From positions 11,904,001 through 11,968,000 of the forward strand of contig OZ024747.1 of the NCBI GenBank assembly GCA_964016885.1: 64,000 bases of DNA, in the 5' to 3' direction. The notes below the pieces were generated by a model. That model was not told where the DNA came from. It saw only the letters and a program-made list of their open reading frames with translations, and searched no databases. This document shows, one piece after another, positions 30,733 to 44,262 of this stretch (positions within the stretch are counted from its first letter, which is position 1; the number at the start of each line of letters is the position of its first letter). The position numbers and the translations under genes were made by a program. This stretch comes from Eledone cirrhosa (lineage: Eukaryota).

Positions 30733-31161
30733 GACATAACACAGAAACTATACATTATACCCACACATAACACAGAAACTGTACATTATACCCACACATA
30801 ACATAGAAACTGTACATTATACCCACACATAACACAGAAACTGTACATTATACCCACACATAACATAGAAACTGTACATTATACCCACACATAACACAGA
30901 AACTGTACATTATACCCACACATAACATAGAAACTGTACATTATACCCACACATAATATAGAAACTGTACATTATACCCACACATAACATAGAAACTGTA
31001 CATTATACCCACACATAACATAGAAACTGTACATTATACCCACACATAACACAGAAACTGTATATTATACCCACACATAACACAGAAACTGTATATTATA
31101 CCCACAAGACATAACATAGAAACTGTACACTATACCCACACATAACACAGAAACTGTACAT
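30733..31161. repeat. 31-bp minisatellite x~14
   Basis: acataacacagaaactgtacattatacccac unit. Confidence 0.93.
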
Positions 31162-31166
31162 ACATG

Positions 31167-31500
31167 TGACACAACAAAAAGCACCCAGCCCACACTGTAA
31201 GGTGGTTATGTAGTTGCACAACAAAAAGCACCCGGTACACACTGTAAGGTGGTTATGTAAGTGTCACAACAAAAAGCACCCAGCCCATACTGTAAAGTGG
31301 TCATGTAGGTGTCACAACAAAAAGCACTCAGTACACACTGCAGATGTGGTTGGCATTAGGAAAGGCATTCAGCTGTAGAAACCAAACCAAAATTGGTTCT
31401 GTATGAGCAGGACATGGTCATCTGACCTCAACTTGCCTCAAATAGGACAACCTGTCTGACCCATGCTAACATGGAAAATAGACGTTAAACAGTGATGATG
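31167..31500 (+). mobile_element. RTE/SINE B 3' tail with a 48-bp unit repeated x4
   Basis: cacaacaaaaagcacccag...cactgtaa repeated, then gtggttggcattaggaaaggcattcagctgtagaaacc...atggaaaatagacgttaaac. Confidence 0.7.
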
Positions 31501-32633
31501 GTGATAAGAAAAGTCAACATGAAACAAAAGAATAATGATATATTAGTTTAATGCTTTAGAGACTTGGAAAAGGGCTTTAACATTTCGGATGATAGTTTTT
31601 CATCAGAATATAGAAATGAAGAAGAGAGAGAGAGGATGTTTAGAAGGGAGAAGGAAAAGGAAGACAGCGAAGAGAGTAAAAGAAGAAAAAATAGCGGAGG
31701 GGCGGGGGGAGATTATGTTATTACTTTGGCATCACTGAATGTTGATAAAAAACACAACCTACTGTCTCCTTAGTTCCTCTATCAATTTGTAGTTTGAGAG
31801 CTTATCTCTACTGATATATGTGGTCTTGCTTGATGATATTGGTGACATAAATTAGATGTGGGGTGAGGTGAGGCAGCAAATTGTGAGTCCATGTAGAAAG
31901 TATCTGACAACTTTCAGCAACATTATCACCTCACTTATGTATCACTCCATATAAATACTGGAGACAAACTCTTATCTTTCTTTTCTGATTTTTTATGGAG
32001 GTCTACTTCTATTTAGAAAGAATGCTGCTTCTGTTTTTAGTCCAGTAATTTTTTCAATAAACAAACATGAAACCCAATTTCAGGGATGTTTTATTTTAAA
32101 ATTTGAGGCAATCAAATAAAAGTGAATTAACCGTTTAGCATTTAAACCAGCCGTATCTGGCCAGAATTCTCTCACCTCTTTCTGTTCAAACTGGCTGTAA
32201 CTGGCAGCTCATACTGATGTCAAGATATTGTTCTCAAAATAAATGATATCAAAATCTCATAGATTTGATATTATTTGAGATAATTATGTGAGATAAAGCC
32301 TTTATGATGAAAATACAATAGTAAATATCCTTACCTCATCCCATCCTCATATCTGAGGGTCATGGAGCAGCACTCTCCATCTTTTCCTGTCTCTTGTCAT
32401 TGCTGCACATTCCACCAAACTCCTTCCTGTCCATTCCTGTGCATTCTATTGCTGCATTAAGTACAGCAGAAACTCAAGTTCGGGTATGGATTGAAGGTAC
32501 CCATATACATGTGTTGTGTTAAAGCGAATAACAATGTGTCTACTCTGGGAATTTACTGAACATTACCTATTGAGATGCAACCGGTACTAGCAGTGAAACC
32601 CTGCTAGTCTCATTAACTATTATATATATAGAA

Positions 32634-32860
32634 GGGCGGTGGATTGGTAGTATCGGTAGAGAGTCGGACACCATGCTTTGCAGCAGAGAGTTATGGTCCT
32701 TTATGGTCCGAGTTCAAATCTTGCCGAGGTTAACTTTGCCTTTCATCCTTACGGGGTCGATAAAATAAAGTACCAGTAACGTACTGGATTCAATTTAATG
32801 CCCCCCCCCCCCCCCCCCCAAAAAAAAAATTACTGGCCTTGTGCCTATACTAGAAATCAT
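32634..32860 (+). mobile_element. SINE family A (long-tail variant)
   Basis: Consensus match. Confidence 0.85.
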
Positions 32861-33789
32861 ATATATTGTGTTTATTCCAGTCACACTGAAGTTTGCCCCT
32901 CTCCCTTGCTTCCCTACCCCCACCCCTGACGTCCCAAGTTATCTTCAGTTGACAGTGTTTATTAGTTACATATCTCTTCTACCTCCTCCTCACCCTCAAT
33001 ACACATCCCTACACTTCCATCACACCTCCCCACACTCTCCTCCCAACCTCTTTCCTTATAGCTACACTTAACAGGTTATTATATACACACCTCACCACCA
33101 CCACCACCACACCTCACCACCACCACACCACCACCACACCTCACCACCACCACACCTCACCACCACCACACCTCACCACCATCACACCACCACCACACCT
33201 CACCACCATCACACCACCACCACACCAAACCACCACCACACCTCACCACCACCAAACCACCACCACCACACCACCACCACAAACCACACCAAACCACCAC
33301 CACCACCACACCTCACCACCACCACCACTCCACCACCAGCACCACCACCACCACTACCACAAGACATATGTTGGTGCCACTGGAATATATATAATGTAGT
33401 TCTCTGCCACAGATTTCAAGGCATTAACAACCCCCCTCCCCCATCCTTATGCCACTCCAATAACTGTCCATCTGTTCTATAGTATATACCTTCCTATCTT
33501 CCTCCCCCCCCCCCCTCTCTATATATACATATACATATAAATAAATAAATATATATATATATAGAATATCATCATTTTACATATGTAGGTGTGTGTTTGG
33601 ACTGAACTGGCAGTAATAGTGTGTATGTGTGTGTGTGTGTGCACGCGTGCGTGTGTATGTGTGTGTGTGTGTCAAGAGTGAGACCACCATCATTTGAGAT
33701 TTATCAGTAATATTTTTGTAGTTGATCACAGAAAATCAAGATTTTAAACTTGATAAGGTGATGGGTGTATATATGTGCCAGCGAGTATA

Positions 33790-33825
<36 letters not shown>

Positions 33826-34319
33826 CTATTTCAAGCGTAAACCTGATATATTCCTTCCATATACTTGTTGTTTTATTTCTGTTTACCTTTTACATATATA
33901 TATATATATGTATATAGATTGTAACCCCCCCCCCCCGAATACATATACATATATTTACCTTTTACATATATATATATGTAAAAGGTAAATATATGTATAT
34001 GTATTCGGGGGGGGGGGGGGGTGACAATCCCAATTTTTAAAAAGGGGGACAAGAGAGATTGTTCCAATTATAGTGGGATCTACTTGTTAAGCCTCGCCGG
34101 TAAAGTCTATGCTAAGTGTCTGGCAAAGAAATGCAGGGAGATTGTCGACTCAAAGCTGGCTGATGGACAGTGTGGTTTTTGCCCCAGATGCAGCACAGTC
34201 AACCAAATATTCACATTGCGGCAGTTATTCAAGAAATCGTGGGAGTATTACTAAGAGATATATTCTTGTTTCGTCAACCTTGAAAAGGTATATGACCGCG
34301 TTCCTCGGGACCTGCTGTG

Positions 34320-34520
34320 GAAGGTTCTGCAGGAGTATGGGGTCAATGGTCAGCTTCTTGAAGGTTCTGCAGGAGTATGGGGTCAATGGTCAGCTTCTTG
34401 AAGGTTCTGCAGGAGTATGGGGTCAATGGTCAGCTTCTTGAAGGTTCTGCAGGAGTATGGGGTCAATGGTCAGCTTCTTGAAGGTTCTGCAGGAGTATGG
34501 AACCAATGGTAAGCTTCTTG
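34320..34520. repeat. 40-bp tandem x5 inside the RTE RT sequence
   Basis: gaaggttctgcaggagtatggggtcaatggtcagcttctt at 34320, 34360, 34400, 34440 and 34480. Confidence 0.95.
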
Positions 34521-34944
34521 CAGCCCTGATGTCTCTATATGAATGTCCAAGTATTTGTGTTCCGATAAATGGTGCTAAATTGAAACCATTCAATGTGGGA
34601 GTCGGACTCTGCCAAGGGTGTGTACTATCACAGGATTGACATGTGCAGCCAAGTTGGAAGTGGTATGATGATTGGTATCAAGTCGGTTGGAATTTGCAGA
34701 TTATATGGTGTTACTTAACTCAACAGAAGATGATCTCTGACTTGCAATCGATAAGTTTGATGCAGAATGAAAATTAGTGCTGCGAAACCTGAGACAATCG
34801 TCCTCTCAAGGAAGCCTGCACAGTGCACTCTACATGTAAATGGAGTTCCACTGAAGCAGATGGAGAAGTTCATGTATCTTGAGGCCATGTTCATGAGTGA
34901 TGGAAGGTAGGCTGAATTAAGTGCAAGAATTGTAGGAGCTGGTG

Positions 34945-35136
34945 TAATAATTGTTTCTACTTTTGACACAAGGCCAGCAATTATCCCAGTGTATTACTGG
35001 TACTTTATTTTATCGACCCCGTAAGGATGAAAAGCAAAGTTAACCTCGGCGGGATTTGAACCTAGACAATAAAGGGCCGTAACTCTGTGCTTCAAAGCAT
35101 GGCGTCCGACCCTCTACCGATACTGCCAATCCACCG
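34945..35136 (-). mobile_element. SINE family A inserted in the RTE LINE
   Basis: Reverse complement of the SINE A consensus. Confidence 0.88.
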
Positions 35137-35470
35137 TGCCAGCTTCAGCATTCAGTAATCAGAAGAAGGGAGTTAGGTGTAAAAGCCAAACTTGCTATCT
35201 TCAATTCTGGTGTCAACCCTTACCTATGGTCATGAATCTTGGGTAATGACCGAAAGAATATGATCACAAATACCAGTAGCTGAAATAGGGTTTCTCCGAA
35301 GTATCTTTGGAGTAACATTACTCTTTAAAGTGCATAACTCGGAGATCAGAGAGTCATTCCAGGTAGAGCCGCTACTTCTCTGAATTGAGAGATCACAGCT
35401 TTGATACTACGGTTAGAATGTGGTTAGAATGTCTCAGGAAAGAATTGCTGGACAGATATTACGGGCAAAA

Positions 35471-35678
35471 TCGAGAGGGTCGTGGGGAGGGCAGACTCCT
35501 CAAACACTCCTTCCAGCAGGTCCTGTCAGAAGCAACTAATCCAGCTAGATCTCCAACTAATCCAGCTAGATCCCCAAGCGAGACCAGCCAAGCTCATGGA
35601 TGTTATCCAACCATCTTGCTCAGGGTCTACCTCTGAGTCTCCTGCTGGGTGGTTTTTGGCCGTAAAATCTGTCCAGGG
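35471..35678 (-). mobile_element. Inverted 3' end of the same RTE family
   Basis: Homologous to 490-660. Overlaps the end of the plus-strand part by about 23 bp. Confidence 0.75.
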
Positions 35679-36364
35679 ATAAAAAACAATCTGACCAACT
35701 TACTCAGAATCTTCAGAGAGAAAAACTGAAATCTGAGAATTTCAGAGCATAATGTGTAAGAACTACAGAACAAAGTTCTGGTTGTACTGTGTTACAGCTG
35801 TAGGGAGGTGTGTGTATGTGCACAGTTTTGGCTCTTTAAGCACCAATCTACCTTAAGGTGTTCTTCCAAAACCAACATGATAGGACTCTATCTCTAAAAC
35901 ACTCAAGAAACCTCCAATGGGATACCTGGTAGGAGACAAGCTAAACTTACATAGGTGTGAGCTGTAACAAAACCAACATGATAAGACTGGGGTCCCTATC
36001 ATAAAAACACCCAAGAAACCTCCTATGAGATCCATCTTTGTAGGAGGCCTGTGAATGTATGTACAGTTTAAATAAAAACAATGATAATAGGAGCATGATT
36101 ATAAGGCAGTGTGTGTGTGTGTGTGTTGTGTGCACATTTTAATAACATAACAGCAGGATGAAAAGTCTGTGTGTGCACAATTTCAACTCAATTGGAGCTA
36201 AATTGAGGTCGAATATTAAAGGATAATTTACATGTCTGTATGTATGTGTGTGTATATGTGTGTGTGTATATATATATCCATGTGTGTACACAGCTGTATT
36301 ATATATTGGTGTGTACAGTGGTGGTGGTGGTCGTGGTGGTGGTGGTGGTGGCACTGATGATAGT

Positions 36365-36585
36365 GATAATGGTTTCTTATATAGGCACAAGGCCAGTAAT
36401 TTGGGGGGAGGGGAAAGTCGATTAAATTGACCCCAGTGCGTGACTGGTACTTTATTTTATCAACCCCGTAAGGATGAAAGGCAAAGTTAACCTCGGCGGG
36501 ATTTGAGCTCAGATCATAAAGAGCCGTAACTCTGTGCTGCAAAGCATGGCGTCCGACCCTCTACTGATACTGCGAATACACCTCC
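36365..36585 (-). mobile_element. SINE family A (long-tail variant)
   Basis: Reverse complement of consensus. Confidence 0.85.
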
Positions 36586-36611
36586 CTGATGATAGTGATA
36601 ATGATTGTTGT

Positions 36612-37550
36612 GTGATGGTGGTGGGGTTATAACAGTAATGGTGGTGGTGGTGGTGGTGGTGGTGGTGGTGGTGTTGATGGTGGTGGTGGGGTTATAACAG
36701 TAATGGTGGTGGTGGTGGTGGGTTTTTAACAGTAATATTGATGGTGGTGGTGGTAGTGATGGTGGTGGTGGTGGTGGTGTCGATGATGGTGGTGGGGTTA
36801 TAACAGTAATGGTGGTGGTGGTGGTGGTGGTGGTGGTGATGGTGGTGGTGGGGTTATAACAGTAATATTGATGGTGGTGGTGGTGATGGTGGTGGTGGTG
36901 GGTTTATAACAGTAATATTGGTGGTGGTGGTGGGGTTATAACAGTAATGGTGGTGGTGGTGGTGGTGGGTTTATAACAGTAATATTGATGGTGGTGGTGG
37001 TAGTGGTGGTGGTGGTGGTGGTGTTGATGATGGTGGTGGTGGTGGTGGTGGTGGGTTTATAACAGTAATATTGATGGAGGTGGTGGTGCGGGTTATAACA
37101 GTAATATTGATGGTGGTGGTGGTAGTGATGGTGGTGGTGGTGGTGTTGATGATGGTGGTGGGGTTATAACAGTAATATTGATGGTGGTGGTGGTAGTGAT
37201 GGTGGTGGTGGTGATGGTGCTGGTGGTGGTGGTGAGGGTTATAACAGTAATGGTGGTGGTGGTGGTGGTGGTGGTGTTGATGATGGTGGTGGGGTTATAA
37301 CAGTAATATTGATGGTGATGGTAGTGATGGTGGTGGTGGTGGTGGTGGTGGTGGTGTTGATGATGGTGGTGGGGTTATAACAGTAATATTGATGGTGGTG
37401 GTGGTGGTGGTGGGGGGGGGGGGGTTATAACAGTAATATTGATGGAGGTGGTGGTGCGGGTTATAACAGTAATATTGATGGAGGTGGTGGTAGTGATGGT
37501 GGTGTGTGTGGTGTTGGTGGTAGGGTTACACAAATAATATTGGTGGTGGC
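36612..37550. repeat. (GGT)n-based minisatellite with ttataacagtaat core
   Basis: Direct inspection. Confidence 0.9.
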
Positions 37551-37726
37551 GTTGTTATAGCTAATATGTTGGTGTTGTTTCTAGTGGTCTATTTAGAACA
37601 GAGAAAACAACAACAAACAAACCCAAATCCCAAATGCAATAATCAGGTTCCATGTTAAAAACTGTTCTATTTTAGGTTATCTTTCCGCTGAAATAGCACA
37701 GATGGTGTTAGAGACGTGATCTATGG

Positions 37727-38464
37727 TTAATATAGTGTTAGAGATGTGGTTAATATAGTGTTAGAGATGTCGTTAATATAGTGGTAGAGATGTCGTTAAT
37801 ATAGTGTAAGAGATGTGGTTAATATAGTGGTAGAGATGTGGTTAATATAGTGGTAGAGATGTGGTTAATATAGTGGTAGAGATGTGGTTAATATAGTGGT
37901 AGAGATGTGGTTAATATAGTGTTAGAGATGTGGTTAATATAGTGTTAGAGATGTGGTTAATATAGTGTTAGAGATGTGGTTAATATAGTGTTAGAGATGT
38001 GGTTAATATAGTGTTAGAGATGTGGTTAATATAGTGTTAGAGATGTGGTTAATATAGTGTTAGAGATGTAGTTAATATAGTGTTAGAGATGTGGTTAATA
38101 TAGTATTAGAGATGTGGTTAATATAGTGGTTAATATAGTGTTAGAGATGTGGTTAATATAGTGTTAGAGATGTGGTTAATATAGTGTTAGAGATGTGGTT
38201 AATATAGTGTTAGAGATGTGGTTAATATAGTGTTAGAGATGTGGTTAATATAGTGTTTGAGATGTGGTTAATATAGTGTTAGAGATGTGGTTAATATAGT
38301 GTTAGAGATGTGGTTAATATAGTGTTAGAGATGTGGTTAATATAGTGTTAGAGATGTGGTTAATATAGTGTTAGAGATGTGGTTAATATAGTGTTAGAGA
38401 TGTGGTTAATATAGTGTTAGAGATGTGGTTAATATAGTGGTAGAGATGTGGTTAATATAGTGTT
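37727..38464. repeat. 23-bp minisatellite (gttaatatagtgttagagatgtg) x~32
   Basis: Direct inspection. Confidence 0.93.
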
Positions 38465-38466
38465 AT

Positions 38467-40024
38467 CACTACAACATAGACCACATCTTAACACTGTGTA
38501 GTAAAGATGTGGTCTATGGTCTATATAGAGGTACCACTACAACATAGACCACATCTTAGCACTGTGTTGTAAAGATGTGGTCTATGGTCTATATAGAGGT
38601 ACTACTACAACATAGACCACATCTTAACACTGTAGTAAAGATGTGGTCTATGGTCTATATAGAGGTACCACTACAACATAGACCACATCTTAACACTGTG
38701 TAGTAAAGATGTGGTCTATGGTCTATATAGAGGTACCACTACAACATAGACCACATCTTAGCACTGTGTAGTAAAGATGTGGTCTATGATCTATATAGAG
38801 GTACCACTACAACATAGACCACATCTTAACACTGTAGTAAAGATGTGGTCTATGGTCTATATAGAGGTACTACTACAACATAGACCACATCTTAGCACTG
38901 TGTTGTAAAGACGTGGTCTATGGTCTATATAGAGGTACCACCACAACATAGACCACATCTTAACACTGTGTAGTAAAGATGTGGTCTATGATCTATATAG
39001 AGGTACCACTACAACATAGACCACATCTTAGCACTGTATAGTAAAGATGTGGTCTATGATCTATATAGAGGTACCACTACAACATAGACCACATCTTAGC
39101 ACTGTGTAGTAAAGATGTGGTCTATGGTCTATATAGAGGTACCACTACAACATAGACCACATCTTAGCACTGTATAGTAAAGATGTGGTCTATGATCTAT
39201 ATAGAGGTACCACTACAACATAGACCACATCTTAACACTGTGTAGTAAAGATGTGGTCTATGGTCTATATAGAGGTACCACTACAACATAGACCACATCT
39301 TAGCACTGTGTAGTAAAGATGTGGTCTATGGTCTATATAGAGGTACCACTACAACATAGACCACATCTTAGCACTGTATAGTAAAGATGTGGTCTATGGT
39401 CTATATAGAGGTACCACTACAACATAGACCACATCTTAGCACTGTATAGTAAAGATGTGGTCTATGGTCTATATAGAGGTACCACTACAACATAGACCAC
39501 ATCTTAACACTGTGTAGTAAAGATGTGGTCTATGATCTATATAGAGGTACCACTACAACATAGACCACATCTTAACACTGTAGTAAAGATGTGGTCTATG
39601 ATCTATATAGAGGTACCACTACAACATAGACCACATCTTAGCACTGTGTAGTAAAGATGTGGTCTATGGTCTATATAGAGATACTACTACAACATAGACC
39701 ACATCTTAACACTGTGTTGTAAAGATGTGGTCTATGGTCTATATAGAGGTACTACTACAACATAGACCACATCTTAACACTGTAGTAAAGATGTGGTCTA
39801 TGATCTATATAGAGGTACCACTACAACATAGACCACATCTTAGCACTGTGTAGTAAAGATGTGGTCTATGGTCTATATAGAGGTACCACTACAACATAGA
39901 CCACATCTTAGCACTGTAGTAAAGATGTGGTCTATGGTTAATATAGTGGTACCACTACAACATAGACCACATCTTAGCACTGTAGTAAAGATGTGGTCTA
40001 TGGTTAATATAGTGGTACCACTAC
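38467..40024. repeat. ~66-68-bp minisatellite x~23 with internal 15-bp inverted repeat
   Basis: Unit cactacaa-catagaccacatctt-arcactg(tg)tagta-aagatgtggtctatg-gtctatatagaggtac. Confidence 0.95.
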
Positions 40025-40635
40025 TCCCCTGGGAATAAAGTGTCTCCTGTTGAAGGGATATGACCCCAAACATCTAAAGTTAAATGTAGGGGATTTATTT
40101 TTATTTTTAGTTAATTATTTTACTGTATTCCATTGGTATCCTTCCTTGTCACTTCCAACTACTGACATCCTGTTATTAAACACAGCAACTCTTCTATAAA
40201 GATAGGAAGACATTACTTGTCTGTCTGTGCTGGAAGTAAGCAGTTTATGGAAACCCCCCCAGCAGACAGTTGTTATTACCAGGCAACAGCATAGATGAGA
40301 GCTCAAGATATTGATATATTCATAAATATGTCTATATGATAAGACAGTAAGCATACACATACACCTACACCAGGTCCAAACACAGAGGAGCCAAACTCCC
40401 ACTGTCATTGCCTCCATCTTTCTCGCCCTCCCCATCTCTCACTATTATGATCAAATGGGGTCCCATGCACTAGCCACCCCATGCCCCAAGCAAACAGAAC
40501 AATGCAGACCCCCACCCCACCCTGTCCATTTCTCTCCCTGCTTTCTTTCTATTTTTTTTTATTTTTCTCTCTTCTCGTTTGGAAATATTGAATTAATGAA
40601 TGTCTTTTTCTTCATTGAAAATGTTGACTTGAAAA

Positions 40636-41278
40636 CATACATGACGTAAGCTATATAGTACATGACATAAGCTATATAGTACATGACATAAGCTATATAG
40701 TACATCACATCAGATATATAGTACATGACATAGGCTATAGAGTACATGACATAAGCTATAGAGTACATGACATAAGCTATATAGTACATCACATCAGATA
40801 TATAGTACATGACAAGCTATAGAGTACATGGCATCAGATATATAGTATATGACTTCAGATATACAATATAGTACATCAGCTATATAGTATATGGCATAAG
40901 CTATAGAGTACATGGCATCAGATATACACTATATGACATCAGATATACAGTATAGTACATCAGCTATATAGTATAGTACATAAGCTATAGAGTACATGGC
41001 ATAAGCTATATAGTATATGGCATCAGATATATAGTATATGACATCAGATATATAGTATATGACATCAGATATATAGTATATGACATCAGATATATAGTAT
41101 ATGACATCAGCTATATAGTACATCACATCAGCTATATAGTACATCACATCAGCTATATAGTATAGTACATCAGCTATACAGTATAGTACATCAGCTATAT
41201 AGTATATGCCATCAACTATATAGTATAGTACATCAGCCATATAGTACATGACATCAACTATATAGTATAATACATAGT
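40636..41278. repeat. 21-bp minisatellite x~30
   Basis: tacatgacatcagctatatag variants. Confidence 0.9.
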
Positions 41279-41636
41279 ATGATGGTGTTAATAACATTAT
41301 CTGTGTCACAGTTTCATCTTATGAGCAATAAATAATAAATGGGAAGAAAGATGTTGAGTCATAAAATAAACGACCCAACAGTTGTTGGTTTAACAGAGAC
41401 AGTCGCAGCATCTCTTTTAAGCTTTTTCAAACTGCCTCTCATTCTTTGTTATAAAGTGTTTATATCTATATATAGGGTGGGCTGGGTACTTTAGGGATTT
41501 GTATGAGATGTTCTCTCTCTCATCTCTCTATCTCTCCCCCCCTCTCTCTCTATATATATTTATATATATATATATATATATATATAGATTAATGTTCCAT
41601 CATGATTATTTCATGTAAGAATTTCTTTGTTAAATC

Positions 41637-41820
41637 ATTGTTTCTACTTTTGGCACAAGGCCAGCAATTATCCCAGTGTATTACTGGTACTTTATTTTAT
41701 CGACCCCGTAAGGATGACAGGCAAAGTTAACCTCGGCGGGATTTGAACTCAGACCATAAAGGGCCGTAACTCTTTGCTGCAAAGCATGCATGGCGTCCGA
41801 CCCTCTACCAATACTGCCAA
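41637..41820 (-). mobile_element. SINE family A
   Basis: Reverse complement of consensus. Confidence 0.9.
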
Positions 41821-41840
41821 TGCAACATTATTTCTCTGTT

Positions 41841-42028
41841 GGTGTATTGGCAGTATCGGTAGAGGGTCGGACGCCATGCTTTGCAGCATAGAGTTACGGC
41901 CCTTTCCATTCTGAGTTCAAATCCCGCCGAGGTTAACTTTGCCTTTCATCCTTACGGGGTCGATAAAATAAAGTACCAGTAATGCACTGGGTAATTGCTG
42001 GCCTTGTGCCAAACGTAGAAACAATTAT
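41841..42028 (+). mobile_element. SINE family A
   Basis: Consensus match; flanking duplication attatttct.tgtt. Confidence 0.9.
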
Positions 42029-42246
42029 TTCTTTGTTAAATAATGTTCCCAGACACCAGAAAAGGCTGTTAAATTTCTCAAAATCATAAATTATTTTCAA
42101 AATTAATTGAGATTTCCTTTAAATATTTCTGGATAGGCAGTGAATTGGTAGAGTCGTTAGCACATCAGATAAAATGTTTTGTTGTATTTGTTCCAGTTCT
42201 TTGTGTTCAAGTCCTACCAAGGTTAACTTTGCCTTTCATCCCCCAC

Positions 42247-42277
<31 letters not shown>

Positions 42278-43275
42278 CCCCCAAAGAGAAGAAGAGGTCA
42301 GCTATGTTCAGACCTGGACACACAAGCACACAATCACACTCACACTCACTCACACTCTCTCACACACACACACACTGTAATGTTGCAGCCCAACAGAGAT
42401 CTTCTGATAGAATAAATTCTGTGCAGCAGTGGCACAATGTCACCATTTTTAAGGGAGAGGAAAGTCTATTATATCAACCCTGGTACTTTATTTCAGATAT
42501 CCCACAGAAGGCAAAGTTGACCTCGACAGGATTTGAACTCAGAACATAGAAAGTTGTAGCTAAATACCACTAAGTATTTTCATCTGATGCTCTACCGATT
42601 CTGTCAATCCTCTGCCCTTCTGATTGAATAAACGAGAGACAGATGGAGACCATAGTGGCTTAATGGTTAGGGTGTTTGATTCCTGGACCGAGTGATACTT
42701 TATTTCATGTTGCTTCAGTCCATATAGCTGGCTAAACTGAGTTGTACCAGTAATTCAAAGAGCTAACCTTGTCATACACTGTGTCACAATAGTGCACGTG
42801 TCTGCGGGATGGGATGCTCGGGCACTTGCACTATAATACAAGTTAGACTGAACCTTTAATTCAAAGGGCTAACCTTGTCATACACCGTGCCACAGTGGTG
42901 CACGTGTCTGTGGGATGCTTGGGTACTTACATGTTAATTTAACCAACAGGCTGTTCCATTAAGTGAACTAACAAGAAGACACATAGTCGAAACCGACTGA
43001 GGTCCAACACGCACAAACACATTCCATGCTAAAACCATCCAGTAGAGGGCATCCACTCCCACCATCACCACCATCACCACCACCACCACGAACACCACTA
43101 CCAGCTGGACAACATCACAGCTGCCATTATTCCTTTGAAAGATGTCTGCTAAAACATATTCAATGTCGTTGGAGTACATAACTTTTTAATGCCCTAAGTG
43201 GCCGTTGGTGTTATCCTAAGAGGCTGATGATTGAGTTTGTATGCCCCCCCCCCCCCTGCTGGAAATTAATGGTAG

Positions 43276-43319
<44 letters not shown>

Positions 43320-43370
43320 AAAAACAAAAACAATGACGAACAGTGCAGTACAGTGCTGGTATTAGGTTCA

Positions 43371-43439
<69 letters not shown>

Positions 43440-43481
43440 GTAGGAGGTGAGTTTTAACCATCTTTTGATCTTATATATTAT

Positions 43482-43529
<48 letters not shown>

Positions 43530-43532
<3 letters not shown>

Positions 43533-43682
43533 TTTATCACAGGTTCAATCGGGGGGGGGGGGGAGTAACCACAGTAAGGTACTCAATACATAGCAGAGTA
43601 TAAATATTTAATATAAAAATGGCTTCTACAGGACTAGAACTTTCATTCCGAATGAAACAGTTCTAGTCCTGTAGAAGCCATT
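43530..43682 (-). mobile_element. (TA)n-embedded fold-back element
   Basis: Inverted arms aatggcttctacaggactagaact / agttctagtcctgtagaagccatt around ttcattc-c-gaatGAAAC. Bulged tail stem at 43579-43600. Confidence 0.65.
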
Positions 43683-43684
43683 GC

Positions 43685-43721
<37 letters not shown>

Positions 43722-44230
43722 GGAGAGAGAGATCCCGACGGGGAGTGGGGGGCACTTTAAATATTTAAATATCGTGTGGTCCCTATCTTCCTTATTCCAA
43801 CCCTGATGTAATCATCCTTTCAGACTACAACTGACTCCATTACTGCCATTATAAACTGATTCTTGTTGAAAGAAAATATAATAGTTGTTGTTGTTGTTGT
43901 TGTTGTAATCCCCCCTCTCCCCCTCCTCCTCCTACTCCCCTCCCAACAAGTCTATGACTCACACCCTCTCATCTTTCTTTACCTTACACATTCCTTCTGC
44001 CATTCTTACCCCTGTTATTCCACCCCACACACCCACCCACCCACCATCAACACCGCTACCTTCCCTCTTCCTCACCTTAACCCCCCCCCCCTCCCCTCCC
44101 CTCCTCCTCATCATCATCTTCAACCATCGTCTCCCCTCTCTTTCTCCTCCTCATCATCCTCATCATCATCATCATCATCTTCAACCATTGTCCTCTTCCT
44201 CCCCAATCCTCTCCTTTTCCTCCTCACCAC

Positions 44231-44262
<32 letters not shown>

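Larger units (their letters stand above)
34018..35470 (+). mobile_element. Decayed 5'-truncated RTE-clade LINE (RT domain)
   Basis: TIPIFKKGDKRDCSNYSGIYLLSLAGKVYAK...QCGF...NQIFTLRQ; later FADY(D)-like motif and EKFMYL; many stops and frameshifts. Confidence 0.88.

Noticed and set aside
35704-35762. Possible minus-strand exon ending at gtaagt
   Set aside because: One open frame but no recognisable protein; splice-like motifs of this kind occur by chance.
38467-40024. CRISPR-like array of palindromic repeats
   Set aside because: No unique spacers, no cas genes and a eukaryotic context; it is a tandem minisatellite.
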